The notes beneath the pieces are model-generated. The model searched no databases. It saw only the letters and a program-made list of their open reading frames with translations, and was not told the DNA's origin. A stretch of DNA of 64,000 nt. Origin: a virus. Lineage: Duplodnaviria; Caudoviricetes. A program made the position numbers and the translations under genes. Location: positions 32,001 to 96,000 of the IMG/VR virus record IMGVR_UViG_3300031867_000013; one strand, 5' to 3'. Each line of letters begins with the position of its first letter. Within the stretch, counting starts at the first letter, position 1. Shown one piece after another: positions 48,935-59,036 of the stretch.

Positions 48935-49203
48935 TCCTTACTATGTTCAATTACCTTTGTATATATTTCATCTAATGAATTATCAACATTTAATGTATTA
49001 CTCAATGATAACCTCATGTTACTATACATATTTTGTGCTACATCATCAAAAGACTTTGCCATATCTATAGAATCACTATATTCTAAACATAATGTTTCAT
49101 AGTCTAATTTTTTAGTTTTACCCAATGCGTGTATTAAAATTGCTATTTCCGTTTCAGTTAAATCTAAAGTATAAATTGGTGTATTCTTAACTTTAATATT
49201 CAT
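48931..49203 (-). CDS. Hypothetical protein, PTYTLEL paralog family
   Basis: 'TPIYTLDLTETEIAILIHALG'. Confidence 0.5.
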   Translation of the reverse strand: MNIKVKNTPIYTLDLTETEIAILIHALGKTKKLDYETLCLEYSDSIDMAKSFDDVAQNMYSNMRLSLSNTLNVDNSLDEIYTKVIEHSKD

Positions 49204-49219
49204 TATTATTCCTCCTAAT

Positions 49220-49507
49220 TTAATCCTTATATGATTTCTTATATTGTTCTGCTAACCAATTTTCACTCGTAAAATATTCACCACTAGGAGGATTAACTTT
49301 ATTTTCAATATAATCATCCATATCTTCATATACATTATAAGAAACAATTTTTAGATGCCCTGTTTGTTCATCTGTAAGTCCATGCTCTTGCTGATAATCT
49401 TCCCAATCATCATTCGACCTAGTACCAATAGCTTCTAATAACACTAAAAATTCTTCTTGTGATAATTCTAAAGTATAAGTAGGATTATTATTTACATTAA
49501 TTTTCAT
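49220..49507 (-). CDS. Hypothetical protein, PTYTLEL paralog family
   Basis: 'NPTYTLELSQEEFLVLLEAIG'. Confidence 0.5.
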   Translation of the reverse strand: MKINVNNNPTYTLELSQEEFLVLLEAIGTRSNDDWEDYQQEHGLTDEQTGHLKIVSYNVYEDMDDYIENKVNPPSGEYFTSENWLAEQYKKSYKD

Positions 49508-49782
49508 TCAAACTCACCCACTAATTTAAACTGCTCATAAACCGCATCTGATGAAATATGTGAAGTATTTTCAATAATTTTTGATATAAGAGCAACATAT
49601 AAATTGTGTTTTATATTTATAAATTCATTAGTATTGTCTCCATCATCAAAATCTTTTAATATATCCTCTATCTCATAGTTATCAAGTGTTCCCAATGCTT
49701 TAATAATTAACCAATATTCTTTTGCATCAATGGTTAATTTAAATGTTGTTTTACTTTTTTGTGTCTCAATTTTCATTTTCAA
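49504..49782 (-). CDS. Hypothetical protein, PTYTLEL paralog family (divergent)
   Basis: 'TTFKLTIDAKEYWLIIKALG'. Confidence 0.45.
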   Translation of the reverse strand: MKMKIETQKSKTTFKLTIDAKEYWLIIKALGTLDNYEIEDILKDFDDGDNTNEFINIKHNLYVALISKIIENTSHISSDAVYEQFKLVGEFE

Positions 49783-50179
49783 TTTCCTCCATACAATAAC
49801 CGTCTTGTGTAGTATAATATATAGTTTTTATACCTTGTAATTTTATTTCTTTCATACATGCCTCACAAGGTCTACAATTTTGTATACCATCTTTATTACT
49901 TCTGTATACATATATAGATGCTCCATGTAAAGGTTGCCAATGACAATTTATAATTGCACTCATTTCTGCATGAAGATAATGATTACACTTATCATGTGTA
50001 TCTTCAAATCTATATTTATTAAGTTCTTTTTGTCTGGGGTGTGATTTCTTATGATTATAACCTACTGCCATAATATCTTTCTTTTTTACTATAACAGCCC
50101 CTATTTTTATACGGTCATAATCAGACAATTCACTTGCGGCTTTAGCAAGCATAAAATATTTTTTATCTCTCTTAAACAT
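49766..50179 (-). CDS. Cytidine/dCMP deaminase-family protein
   Basis: 'IGAVIV', 'HAE', 'PCEAC'. Confidence 0.8.
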   Translation of the reverse strand: MFKRDKKYFMLAKAASELSDYDRIKIGAVIVKKKDIMAVGYNHKKSHPRQKELNKYRFEDTHDKCNHYLHAEMSAIINCHWQPLHGASIYVYRSNKDGIQNCRPCEACMKEIKLQGIKTIYYTTQDGYCMEEIENEN

Positions 50180-50280
50180 ATATACTCCTTAAATATTATA
50201 TACTTCTAATATTTTCTTTATAGTAAATCCAATTACTAATGCAATAAATAAGGCTATTATAAACATTCCAATAATGTATT

Positions 50281-50610
50281 TCATGTATTATGCTCTCTAT
50301 AATATTCCACTAATTGTTTTGCTTTCTTTATAAGATTGGGTGTAGCCTTATGTGCTATTATAAATCCTGTACTGCCATCAAAATCAGCAAATATATCATA
50401 ATGTTTTATTGATTTTGCTTCATTAGGATACTTAGCTTTTAAGTCTACTAACTCTTTTGCCCATTTATCCCACATAGTATCAGAAATAATAGAAGTACCC
50501 ATCTTGTAGTATATAAAACTATGAACCCATATTTGCAACCATCTTCTTTTAATCAAACATACAATATCTTCGTTTAATTTTATAGGTTCATTAATATCAA
50601 ACAATGCCAT
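50281..50610 (-). CDS. Stand-alone NAD-dependent ligase domain Ia-like protein
   Basis: 'HSFIYY...SIISD..WD....EL..L...YP'. Confidence 0.55.
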   Translation of the reverse strand: MALFDINEPIKLNEDIVCLIKRRWLQIWVHSFIYYKMGTSIISDTMWDKWAKELVDLKAKYPNEAKSIKHYDIFADFDGSTGFIIAHKATPNLIKKAKQLVEYYREHNT

Positions 50611-50779
50611 AATGTTAATCCTCTAATTCATGCGGCAAAAGAAGTATCAATATATTAAAAGCAGGAACAAATACTTCTATATAACCATCTTCTCTGTGTG
50701 TATTTACTATAGTACACTCGAATCCGTTAAATGATTTATATTCGTCCCTGTCTGTATTTATCATCATTTTATTTTCCAT

Positions 50780-51055
50780 TTAGATACCCCCATATTTATA
50801 TTCATCGGGTAATATATCTTCGAGAGGATTAATTACCTTCCCCTTTCTTAGTAGTTCTAACCAATATGCATATTGATTAGACTTTCTCATATCTTCTTCA
50901 TACTTACCCTTATATTTTGCTCTCATTCTATATTTAATAATATTTCCCATTAAGAATCCTTCAAACTGTTCATGTGTCATAATTGCTTCCATCACTTGAA
51001 CAGCTTGCATAGCACCTTCCATATAATGTGTTGCGTCTTTAGATGTTCCACTCAT
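50780..51055 (-). CDS. DUF3310-like protein
   Basis: 'HY', 'GFLMGNIIKY..RA..KG...ED..K'. Confidence 0.7.
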   Translation of the reverse strand: MSGTSKDATHYMEGAMQAVQVMEAIMTHEQFEGFLMGNIIKYRMRAKYKGKYEEDMRKSNQYAYWLELLRKGKVINPLEDILPDEYKYGGI

Positions 51056-51070
51056 ATTTTATGTCCCCCA

Positions 51071-51529
51071 TTAATCTTCATCTTCTATTTCATCATTTCC
51101 AATATAATCACTAAATAAATCTTTAGGCTTTATTCCTTTTGGAATACGTGCATCTATTATTTTATAAATATCTTCTACACGGTCTGCAATTTCTTTAAGT
51201 TCATTAGGAACTCTGATTTTATATCTTACTACACCTTTTAATGCTTGTTCTAATGTTCCATACCATAGAAAAGGTTTATCGGGATAATATTCACCTGTTG
51301 TACTTTTCTTTGAATAATTTTTTTGTACAACCATCCAAGACCTACTATCATGTGTAATATAAATATCATCTGTAAGTTTAAGAGCATATTTAGGCATAGG
51401 TTTATTTCCTCTTTTTGCCCTTGAAGAAAGTCCATTAGATTCATATACAATCTTTTGTGCTTTTCTTGTATCTTTAATTTCTTTCATCTTTGGCATACTT
51501 GCAGATTTAGGTTTACGTCCTCTAGGCAT
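51071..51529 (-). CDS. Hypothetical basic protein
   Basis: Start re-called to MPRGRKPK after GGAGG. Confidence 0.5.
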   Translation of the reverse strand: MPRGRKPKSASMPKMKEIKDTRKAQKIVYESNGLSSRAKRGNKPMPKYALKLTDDIYITHDSRSWMVVQKNYSKKSTTGEYYPDKPFLWYGTLEQALKGVVRYKIRVPNELKEIADRVEDIYKIIDARIPKGIKPKDLFSDYIGNDEIEDED

Positions 51530-51530
51530 A

Positions 51531-52001
51531 TTAAATTTCCTCCACTTCATATTGTAATTTAGCATTAGCAATTTGCAATGCCATTTTTTGTGCCTGTTTT
51601 ATATATTTATCTTTATTTTTAGGATTCATTACAATATGAGTAATATATTTAATATATTTATCATACAAATTACCTTTAGTAACAAATTTAGTATTATCTT
51701 TTTCACAATAACCCTTTAAATCAATAGGACACCTATCACAATGATGTTCCCAATCATCACCACAAGAAGTTTTACAAGCATAACAACAATTCATAGGAAT
51801 ATCATCATACAATATATGATTTTGTACAAAAAACTCCATCTTTTTATCATAAAGGCAGTCTCTTGTAATATCACATATGTCAAAAAATGTAGTATAATCT
51901 TTACTATTTGTTACAGAATCAGCAACAAGTTCATTAATAGTTTTTTCTTGTGCCATATATTCCCACAAGGCTTTGTGATGTGTCCTATCAAATTTTTGCA
52001 T
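51531..52001 (-). CDS. Cys-rich hypothetical protein
   Basis: 'CYAC', 'CDRCP'. Confidence 0.5.
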   Translation of the reverse strand: MQKFDRTHHKALWEYMAQEKTINELVADSVTNSKDYTTFFDICDITRDCLYDKKMEFFVQNHILYDDIPMNCCYACKTSCGDDWEHHCDRCPIDLKGYCEKDNTKFVTKGNLYDKYIKYITHIVMNPKNKDKYIKQAQKMALQIANAKLQYEVEEI

Positions 52002-52392
52002 TTATTTCATCTCCAAACAAATTATGTAACACACGAACTTTATATGTTTTTTCTTTTTCTACACTTTCTTTTGCTTTCTTCATTTTACCATAAAGATTAT
52101 CAAGTTCATTGATAAGTTGTTTATGATTATCTGCAAAAGCAAATAGTTCATTTAATACTTGTTCAGCGTTCTTTGCTTTACGCCTTTCAATACTATATTC
52201 ACGTATTGTCTTACATATTGCAGTACGTTCTTTCCTTGTTGTAGGATAATCAAGTTCTATCTTATGTCTGCAATCCCCTATTGCGCTATCTGCTTCGTGA
52301 ATAATAGTATTAAGTGTATTTCGTAGTGTGTCCATTTCTCTCAATGACTTTCTAAAATCATCAAGAGACTTCAAATGTTTATTGTAATCCAT
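51988..52392 (-). CDS. Hypothetical coiled-coil protein
   Basis: 'D.RHKIEL...RRKAKN'. Confidence 0.55.
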   Translation of the reverse strand: MDYNKHLKSLDDFRKSLREMDTLRNTLNTIIHEADSAIGDCRHKIELDYPTTRKERTAICKTIREYSIERRKAKNAEQVLNELFAFADNHKQLINELDNLYGKMKKAKESVEKEKTYKVRVLHNLFGDEINAKI

Positions 52393-52570
52393 GTGCTACT
52401 CTCCTTTCACAAGGATATAATAGCACATAGACTACAAAAAGTCAAGTATTTTTTAATCTTTTTTATTTGTTCTTAATTTATATTTCAAATATTTTCTGTA
52501 CCAATCATAAAATTCTTTAGTTTCTAATTCTTTTCGTTTCTTTTCTATAAGTTTATAGTTAGACATAATT

Positions 52571-53695
52571 TCAATCCTTTTCTACTGCTTCTTCTACTTG
52601 CTTTCTTAATTCCTCAGCAAAATCGGGATTTTCTTTCATAAACGCTATAAAATTCTTTTTACCTTGAAATTTAAGTGTAGTACCATTATATTCTTTTGGC
52701 TCTCCATTAGCATCTAAAATAGAATACCAAGCACCGCCCTTATCAATTAGATTAAGTGCTACACCCATTTCAAATGCATCATTTAACCCATCTACCCCGC
52801 AATCATATGTAATAGAAAATTTACATAAATGTCTATCTGGCTTAGTAGCTTTATTTTTAATTACTTCTACTTCCACTAAATTACCATATGCTTCTTCGGG
52901 ATGTGCATTTAATTCTTTATAATTACTATCATAATATTTACCCTTCTTTAGAACCATTCTAATAAATGCTGTATGCTTCCACATTTTTCCTCCAGGGCTT
53001 ATAATACGATTAAAACCTGCCATATCATCACGTTGCTGATTTACACCAATAATAGATGTTTTATATTTGTTACATAATGGTAATACTTTACTGCAAAATG
53101 TTGATAATGGGGCTGAAATTCCTGCATATGTTTTTTCTTCCATTGTCTTTTCCATAGCTTGTTGTGATACTAATGCAGGAATACTATCAATTACTACTAA
53201 TCCTACTCCATCAGAAGAAATAAGGTCTAATATAATTTGAAATAATTGTTCTGCTGTCTGATTTTCGGGAGCAATATAAAGTAAATCATCTACATCTACA
53301 CCATTTTTAGTAGCCCATTCTTCATCAGTAGAAAATTCACTATCAAGATATACTACTTTCTTTGCACCCCTATCTAATAGATATGCTAATCTTTCTTTTT
53401 CTTCTTTAGATGGTTTAGTTAATTCTTGTAATGCATTAACTTCTTCTTCATATTCTTTTTGTAATACTTTTTGTGCTGAACCACAAATAGAATAACATAA
53501 CGAACTCTTACCACTAGAAGGAAGTCCTAATAATTCTATGATTGTTCTTGGCATACCTCCGCGAAACAAAAAAGTTAAAGCAGGAGTTCTAAAAGGAAAA
53601 GTATCAAAACTACGTTTCTTTACTTCTACCTTACCGACTATATCAAATCCATATTTCTTATTTATATTTTTTACTATTTCATCTAATTTAGCCAT
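52571..53695 (-). CDS. recA: RecA-like recombinase
   Basis: 'GGMPR', Walker A 'GLPSSGKS', 'YLDSE', 'VVIDSIPAL', 'SPGG', 'KNK', 'GAWY'. Confidence 0.9.
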   Translation of the reverse strand: MAKLDEIVKNINKKYGFDIVGKVEVKKRSFDTFPFRTPALTFLFRGGMPRTIIELLGLPSSGKSSLCYSICGSAQKVLQKEYEEEVNALQELTKPSKEEKERLAYLLDRGAKKVVYLDSEFSTDEEWATKNGVDVDDLLYIAPENQTAEQLFQIILDLISSDGVGLVVIDSIPALVSQQAMEKTMEEKTYAGISAPLSTFCSKVLPLCNKYKTSIIGVNQQRDDMAGFNRIISPGGKMWKHTAFIRMVLKKGKYYDSNYKELNAHPEEAYGNLVEVEVIKNKATKPDRHLCKFSITYDCGVDGLNDAFEMGVALNLIDKGGAWYSILDANGEPKEYNGTTLKFQGKKNFIAFMKENPDFAEELRKQVEEAVEKD

Positions 53696-53698
53696 ATA

Positions 53699-53944
53699 TT
53701 ATTCCCCCTGTGTTTCTTTTAACTTAAATTGCAATACAAATGTTTTAATATCTAATTCGACTGTATCTTCATAATCAATATCATAATATACAACTCTATT
53801 ATCTCTTAATGTATCTACAATTACTGTTCTATATCCATTTGTATATGTTGCACCAAGATATACTTTTGATTTTGTTAATACCCAACTTAATACAAAAAAT
53901 CCCATAATAAATCCGATTATAATTCCAATAATTATATCAATCAT
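53699..53944 (-). CDS. Small membrane-anchored protein
   Basis: N-terminal hydrophobic helix. Confidence 0.5.
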   Translation of the reverse strand: MIDIIIGIIIGFIMGFFVLSWVLTKSKVYLGATYTNGYRTVIVDTLRDNRVVYYDIDYEDTVELDIKTFVLQFKLKETQGE

Positions 53945-53956
53945 GTATGTTCCTCC

Positions 53957-54442
53957 TTAACAAAATTCACAACAACTTTGATATTCTACAGGACAATTCT
54001 TTAATTCTTCTTCCCAAAATTCTTTAGGAGTAAATTCTTCATCATATTCATTTACAATAAGTTTTGTTTCTTTTAATCGTCCTTTTACCTCTTCTGCATA
54101 TAGTTTCCTAATTATTTCTTTTTGTTTCATAAATGTCCATGTAAAGGAACATATTATAATTCCTTCTTTTCCACATATAGGACATTTATCATACCAATAA
54201 TATTTTTGTGCTTTTTCATATTCATCTGAAAATAACTCATATGGATTATCATTATAATGTATTCTTGTTGTTCCATGAATACAAAATGTAGTACCACAAT
54301 CCATACAATATTTTCCTGCTCCACTTCTTTTACCAATATGATATAAAGGGTTCATATCTTTATCATTTATTTGTGTTTTTATAAGTTTTTCATATTGCTT
54401 TAATTCTTTTGGTAATTTCTTCCAATAAAAATTAGTTCCCAT
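53957..54442 (-). CDS. Hypothetical phage protein with Zn ribbon
   Basis: 'MGTNFY', 'HIGKRS', CxxC pairs. Confidence 0.55.
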   Translation of the reverse strand: MGTNFYWKKLPKELKQYEKLIKTQINDKDMNPLYHIGKRSGAGKYCMDCGTTFCIHGTTRIHYNDNPYELFSDEYEKAQKYYWYDKCPICGKEGIIICSFTWTFMKQKEIIRKLYAEEVKGRLKETKLIVNEYDEEFTPKEFWEEELKNCPVEYQSCCEFC

Positions 54443-54647
54443 GTTTAACTCCCCTAGTTCTTAAAAATTCTTCTAATCTATATGTCCACGGCTCTCCTGT
54501 AATATAAAATTTACACCTTGAATTTTCTAAAAAAGGACAATCACATATTAAATCACCGAAAGGAAAATTACTATTTTTATAATGTTTCTTACACCATCTT
54601 TGAACATTTAATGCAGACTGTACTACTTCTTCTCTGTTTACAAGCAT
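54432..54647 (-). CDS. Small Cys-rich protein
   Basis: 'WC...CDCPF...C'. Confidence 0.45.
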   Translation of the reverse strand: MLVNREEVVQSALNVQRWCKKHYKNSNFPFGDLICDCPFLENSRCKFYITGEPWTYRLEEFLRTRGVKHGN

Positions 54648-54648
54648 A

Positions 54649-54960
54649 TTATGATTCCTTCTTTTCGTCTGTATATTCGATACTGCTTATTGTATCTGCC
54701 ATAAGGAATTGAAAATCTCTTAGAAATTCATGCAATCCCATAATTACCATGCGTTCTTCTTTAATGTCATATAATGTAGCTTGTATCTTATCATATTGTA
54801 TAAGTTGCCATACGTATACACCGTTTGTATAGTAACCATATAATTTAAGTTTAGTGAAATGTTCTACCCACTTATTAGCATAATACAGAAGAATCGAACT
54901 AATCATAATTATAGCTATAAATACTCCAATTACTTGACCTATGACAACTAAATATTCCAT
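54649..54960 (-). CDS. Membrane-anchored hypothetical protein
   Basis: N-terminal TM; 'YTNG' shared with 53699-53944. Confidence 0.45.
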   Translation of the reverse strand: MEYLVVIGQVIGVFIAIIMISSILLYYANKWVEHFTKLKLYGYYTNGVYVWQLIQYDKIQATLYDIKEERMVIMGLHEFLRDFQFLMADTISSIEYTDEKKES

Positions 54961-54963
54961 AGT

Positions 54964-55455
54964 TTAATTCCCCTTTACGCCGATTTCCAGCAATTTAATA
55001 CGCATGGATAAGATTTTCTTTATTGCGTCAATCCACTTATCTACCGCCGCATATTTATTTTTCATAATCTTATATGCCCTGTCATAGATAACTTTAATTA
55101 CTTCTTCTTCTTTAATTGCATTTAACGCTTGTGATTCTTTAGAAGCTACTGTTCCTGTAGCACCCATAAAAGCTAAATTATATTTTTCATCTCTTAGTGC
55201 GTCTGAAATATCTGCTCTGATTCCTAATAGTTCCTGTTTAGAACCAATAAAATACATATAAGAGCATAGCTTAATCATAATCTGATTTAGGTCATGCTCT
55301 GTCAATCCATCTGTATCATCATCTAATACACACTTAATTTTATTTACATATTCATCTAATTCTTTTGTGTATGAATTTACTATATCATTTACTATATTTT
55401 CTAATGTCTGACTATCTGCTTCTATTGTTGCTTTTGTTACTTCATTGACTACCAT
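54964..55455 (-). CDS. Helical protein, possible recombination mediator (UvsY-like)
   Basis: Helical, 'GTVASKES', near RecA and RecU. Confidence 0.35.
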   Translation of the reverse strand: MVVNEVTKATIEADSQTLENIVNDIVNSYTKELDEYVNKIKCVLDDDTDGLTEHDLNQIMIKLCSYMYFIGSKQELLGIRADISDALRDEKYNLAFMGATGTVASKESQALNAIKEEEVIKVIYDRAYKIMKNKYAAVDKWIDAIKKILSMRIKLLEIGVKGN

Positions 55456-55849
55456 ATGTATTACTCCTTTTCAAATACTCTCTTAAACATACTTGGTGAG
55501 ATAACTATTTGGTTTCCATTATTTATAATAGTAATAGAGCCATATTCATTTTCTTTTGCGTCCCACAATGTTCCTATATCAAAATAAAAAGTTTCTCCAC
55601 CACGTTCAATATAAAAAGATTCTTTACATCTATACATATTATATCTCCCTAAAATGTATATTAAATTTATCTGCGGGTAATGATACTAAAATTGGTTGAA
55701 TTTTACCATCTTGGTCTAATTGTACTGTATCTTTATCTTTATGATTCATATACCATTTACTTAAATAATGTACTTCAATATCGGGAAATTCTTTTCCAAA
55801 TTTTTCATGTGGATTAAATGGTAATTTACATTCATACATAATATATCCC

Positions 55850-56302
55850 TCACTTTATTTGTTTTAGTAATTTCTCAAAGTCATATTTATAATACTTTGA
55901 TTTCTTTTCCCCTTCTACTTCATAAATACCATCTCCTTGTTCATCAAATCTTATAGATTTCTTTCCGTCTTTACGCATTTTTTCTAATGTTTTCATATCA
56001 CACAATAAAGTTTTATCTTGCATATAAAACCATATAAGTACATAAGATTTTACTCCAATAGCTTTCTTAATGGCACTTAACATTCCATGCCATTGTGAAT
56101 CACTAATATTGCTAAAAGGAAATGATTTTAATTGACAGGTCTTACATTCTAAACAAATTAAATGAGGTTTCTTATATACTATAAAATCACTTGGATAATC
56201 TCTTGCTCCTATAAAATCATACAGTCTAATAGGATATACATTCTTTATATTGAATAACTGGTCTTTAATTCTTTTCTCAAATTCTTTCGCTAAACTACTC
56301 AT
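55850..56302 (-). CDS. RecU-like Holliday junction resolvase
   Basis: 'FE', 'PSDF', 'LECKT', 'FPFSNI...Q'. Confidence 0.7.
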   Translation of the reverse strand: MSSLAKEFEKRIKDQLFNIKNVYPIRLYDFIGARDYPSDFIVYKKPHLICLECKTCQLKSFPFSNISDSQWHGMLSAIKKAIGVKSYVLIWFYMQDKTLLCDMKTLEKMRKDGKKSIRFDEQGDGIYEVEGEKKSKYYKYDFEKLLKQIK

Positions 56303-57114
56303 AATTGTACTTCACCTTCCCCATCTGTCCCGCACCTTTGAAAGTAGGAACAATAGTTGCAGAACTTATTCCCTGCTTCTATCGGTTTTGAAGGAATGAT
56401 TTTATTTTTTACACACTTATTACCATATTCTAATTTCTTTATAAGTTCTTCTTTTTCTTTCTTTGTAGGCTCATATATAAATGCTTTTTTACTTAACATA
56501 TCTCTTTCGCTGTAAAAGAATAATACTTTATCTAAATGTAACAATACACAATAACATATAGCTTGCTGTTTATGTTCTTCTAGTACATCTTTCATTGGAT
56601 AAAACTTACCACTACCACAAGTCTTTATTTCAAATATCATGTATTCTTTCTTACCGCGCTTATTTGTATATGATACTATTCCATCACACAAGAATCTTAC
56701 ATTATATTTTTTATTATATAATTTAGTTTCATATACTCCGTGTTCAAAGTCAGACGGTTCTATAATTTCTAGGTCAATTTTGTTGTCTTTTACGTATTGT
56801 CCTACATCTTCATATTTCCAACCAAAACCCATTTTCATTACATTTTCTTGTATAGATAAATGTGTATTTGTACCATTCTGACATATTTCATATAATGTCT
56901 GTGATTGTTTTGTATTATCTTGTGGTATTCCTAAACATTGGTAAACACCGCTTCTTATACACTTTATTGAAGATGGCTTAAACGATTTAGAGGGCGTATA
57001 ATCGTCCTCTAAATGTTCAAGTGTATAAATATAATCAGACTTAAATTTCTCTGCTAGGTCTGTCTTATCGGCTTTACTATTCTGTATTAGGTCAAATAGT
57101 GCTTTACGCCCCAA
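56299..57114 (-). CDS. Cas4-like PD-(D/E)XK exonuclease
   Basis: 'PSSIKCIR', 'GT.TH', 'CDG', 'FEIKT', 'Q..CY', C-terminal 'C..C.....C'. Confidence 0.75.
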   Translation of the reverse strand: MGRKALFDLIQNSKADKTDLAEKFKSDYIYTLEHLEDDYTPSKSFKPSSIKCIRSGVYQCLGIPQDNTKQSQTLYEICQNGTNTHLSIQENVMKMGFGWKYEDVGQYVKDNKIDLEIIEPSDFEHGVYETKLYNKKYNVRFLCDGIVSYTNKRGKKEYMIFEIKTCGSGKFYPMKDVLEEHKQQAICYCVLLHLDKVLFFYSERDMLSKKAFIYEPTKKEKEELIKKLEYGNKCVKNKIIPSKPIEAGNKFCNYCSYFQRCGTDGEGEVQL

Positions 57115-57532
57115 TAGACTTACGTTCCTTTACAATAATAGTAATATCGCCATCTTCTGTTAATTCTTCTTCGGTCTTTTCGATTGATTCCCTGCTATAA
57201 TTCTTTTCCATAGCATGTTTTTCTACCCAAGCATATAAAAATGACGCAATTTCTTTACTTCCATGTACCTTGAATCCATTTGCACCATCTACAAACTTAA
57301 TATCATTAATTTCTACTTCTTTATCTAACATAGGCATATCTACACACATATTAGATTCTTCAAAGCTAATAGGAATAACAGTATATGTCTTTTTAGATGC
57401 CCCTAGAATCTTCTTTTCATTTTCCATTTCTTCACGCAAACGAAGTTTAAGTGCTTCAATATCATCCCAAATATAACCATTATCTAGCCACATACGATTT
57501 CCATCTTCATTATAAACTCTAACCATAAACAT
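57104..57532 (-). CDS. Hypothetical protein
   Basis: ORF with AAGGAG RBS. Confidence 0.5.
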   Translation of the reverse strand: MFMVRVYNEDGNRMWLDNGYIWDDIEALKLRLREEMENEKKILGASKKTYTVIPISFEESNMCVDMPMLDKEVEINDIKFVDGANGFKVHGSKEIASFLYAWVEKHAMEKNYSRESIEKTEEELTEDGDITIIVKERKSIGA

Positions 57533-57534
57533 AA

Positions 57535-58596
57535 TTATCGCTCCTTATTATCCATTGCACTAATAATATAATATTTCTCTGTGTCTTGTACTTTAATTGC
57601 AGTTTTCCCTAGATACAATGTTATTTGTGCGTCCATGCGTCGTAAAACATTTAATAGTTGCTCAATTTTAATTACAACATTTACATCTCCTTTCTGTTTT
57701 ACTTCGCCACTTATAACTTCTTCTATCGTTTTGTCCTTATTATATATTTTATTATCCTCAAAATATACACAAGGAACATTAAACGCACTTTGAAATATAT
57801 TTAATCTTTTAATAATATCTTCAAGTTCTTTCGTATTTATCTCTATAATTGTATTATACATATCTGCACTTAAAATAGGTGCAATCATACTTGAAGGAAA
57901 TTCTTTTGTCTGTTCCATATATATTTGCCCATCATATGTAATATCATCATTTTTATTGTCAAATCTTAATATGCTATTACTTACACAATAAGACATAACT
58001 TCAAATGGCAACTTACATATTTGTGCTACCACATTATTATTAATTTCATTTAATGGTAAACTATAATTAGATACAGACATAACAAAGCTATCTGTTGCTA
58101 TAGTTTTATTATCTATCGTACCATATTTACAGAGTTCAGAATGATTTGTGTCTTTACACAATGCGAACTCCTGCAATTTCTGTACTTTTTTTAAGTTTTC
58201 AAGTTGAAATAATTGTACTTCATTCGTAAAATGTATAAGCGGTAATGGTAAACATATTTCATTCCCCACTTCATCAAACTGTATAGGAATCTTATATTTA
58301 CCATTTCCCTTGAATATAATATGGTCTTTATTTTTCTTTATTTCTATTTCTTCTTTTGTTGTGAGTTTTACAAGTTTATATAGGTCTTGTAAATTTACTA
58401 CAAAATTATCTATTGGTTCTTCTACATTATGTATAGTACCTATAATCTTTGTAATATTATCTGTTGCTCCTATATGACATTCATTATTGTCTGCATAGAT
58501 TTCTACAAGATTGGTAATAGGTTTAATGTTTACATATTTAATCATGTTTGTAAGTGTTCCTAATACATCTTGTAATAGCTTTGTTTTTAACTTCAT
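57535..58596 (-). CDS. DNA sliding clamp (beta-clamp-like)
   Basis: About 350 aa, repeated 'ATD' motifs; next to PolA; clamp loader in same region. Confidence 0.6.
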   Translation of the reverse strand: MKLKTKLLQDVLGTLTNMIKYVNIKPITNLVEIYADNNECHIGATDNITKIIGTIHNVEEPIDNFVVNLQDLYKLVKLTTKEEIEIKKNKDHIIFKGNGKYKIPIQFDEVGNEICLPLPLIHFTNEVQLFQLENLKKVQKLQEFALCKDTNHSELCKYGTIDNKTIATDSFVMSVSNYSLPLNEINNNVVAQICKLPFEVMSYCVSNSILRFDNKNDDITYDGQIYMEQTKEFPSSMIAPILSADMYNTIIEINTKELEDIIKRLNIFQSAFNVPCVYFEDNKIYNKDKTIEEVISGEVKQKGDVNVVIKIEQLLNVLRRMDAQITLYLGKTAIKVQDTEKYYIISAMDNKER

Positions 58597-58805
58597 ATCT
58601 GTATTTCTCCCCGATTCCATGCTTCTACTGCTTTTCTAACACAACTATAAGATAAATTTTGCTCTAAATTACATTTAGGACAAAAACAATTATAATTATA
58701 CCCTTCACCAAACATATTTTTAATATAAATATTATTATTTCCACATTTAGGGCAAACAATTCTTCCATTTGCCGAAAATATTTCATCTACATTAATCATA
58801 GACAT
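58593..58805 (-). CDS. Lar-like Zn-finger protein
   Basis: 'CPKCG...CPKC...AVEAWNR'. Confidence 0.5.
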   Translation of the reverse strand: MSMINVDEIFSANGRIVCPKCGNNNIYIKNMFGEGYNYNCFCPKCNLEQNLSYSCVRKAVEAWNRGEIQI

Positions 58806-59036
58806 TCCCCTATTTTATCCATTTGATAGTTATACCAACCTCTTAATTCATATAATTGTATTTTTGTATCATCACTAAAAACGGGTAAAATCCAATTTCC
58901 TCTCCTTGCTTCATTATCAAATATTTCTTTTCTTCTACGCTCATATTCCTCGTTGATAATTTTTACTTTTTTATTTACCATATAAATTCCCCTTTGTATA
59001 ATATAACACAATCTTTTTTGTATGTCAAGAAAAATT

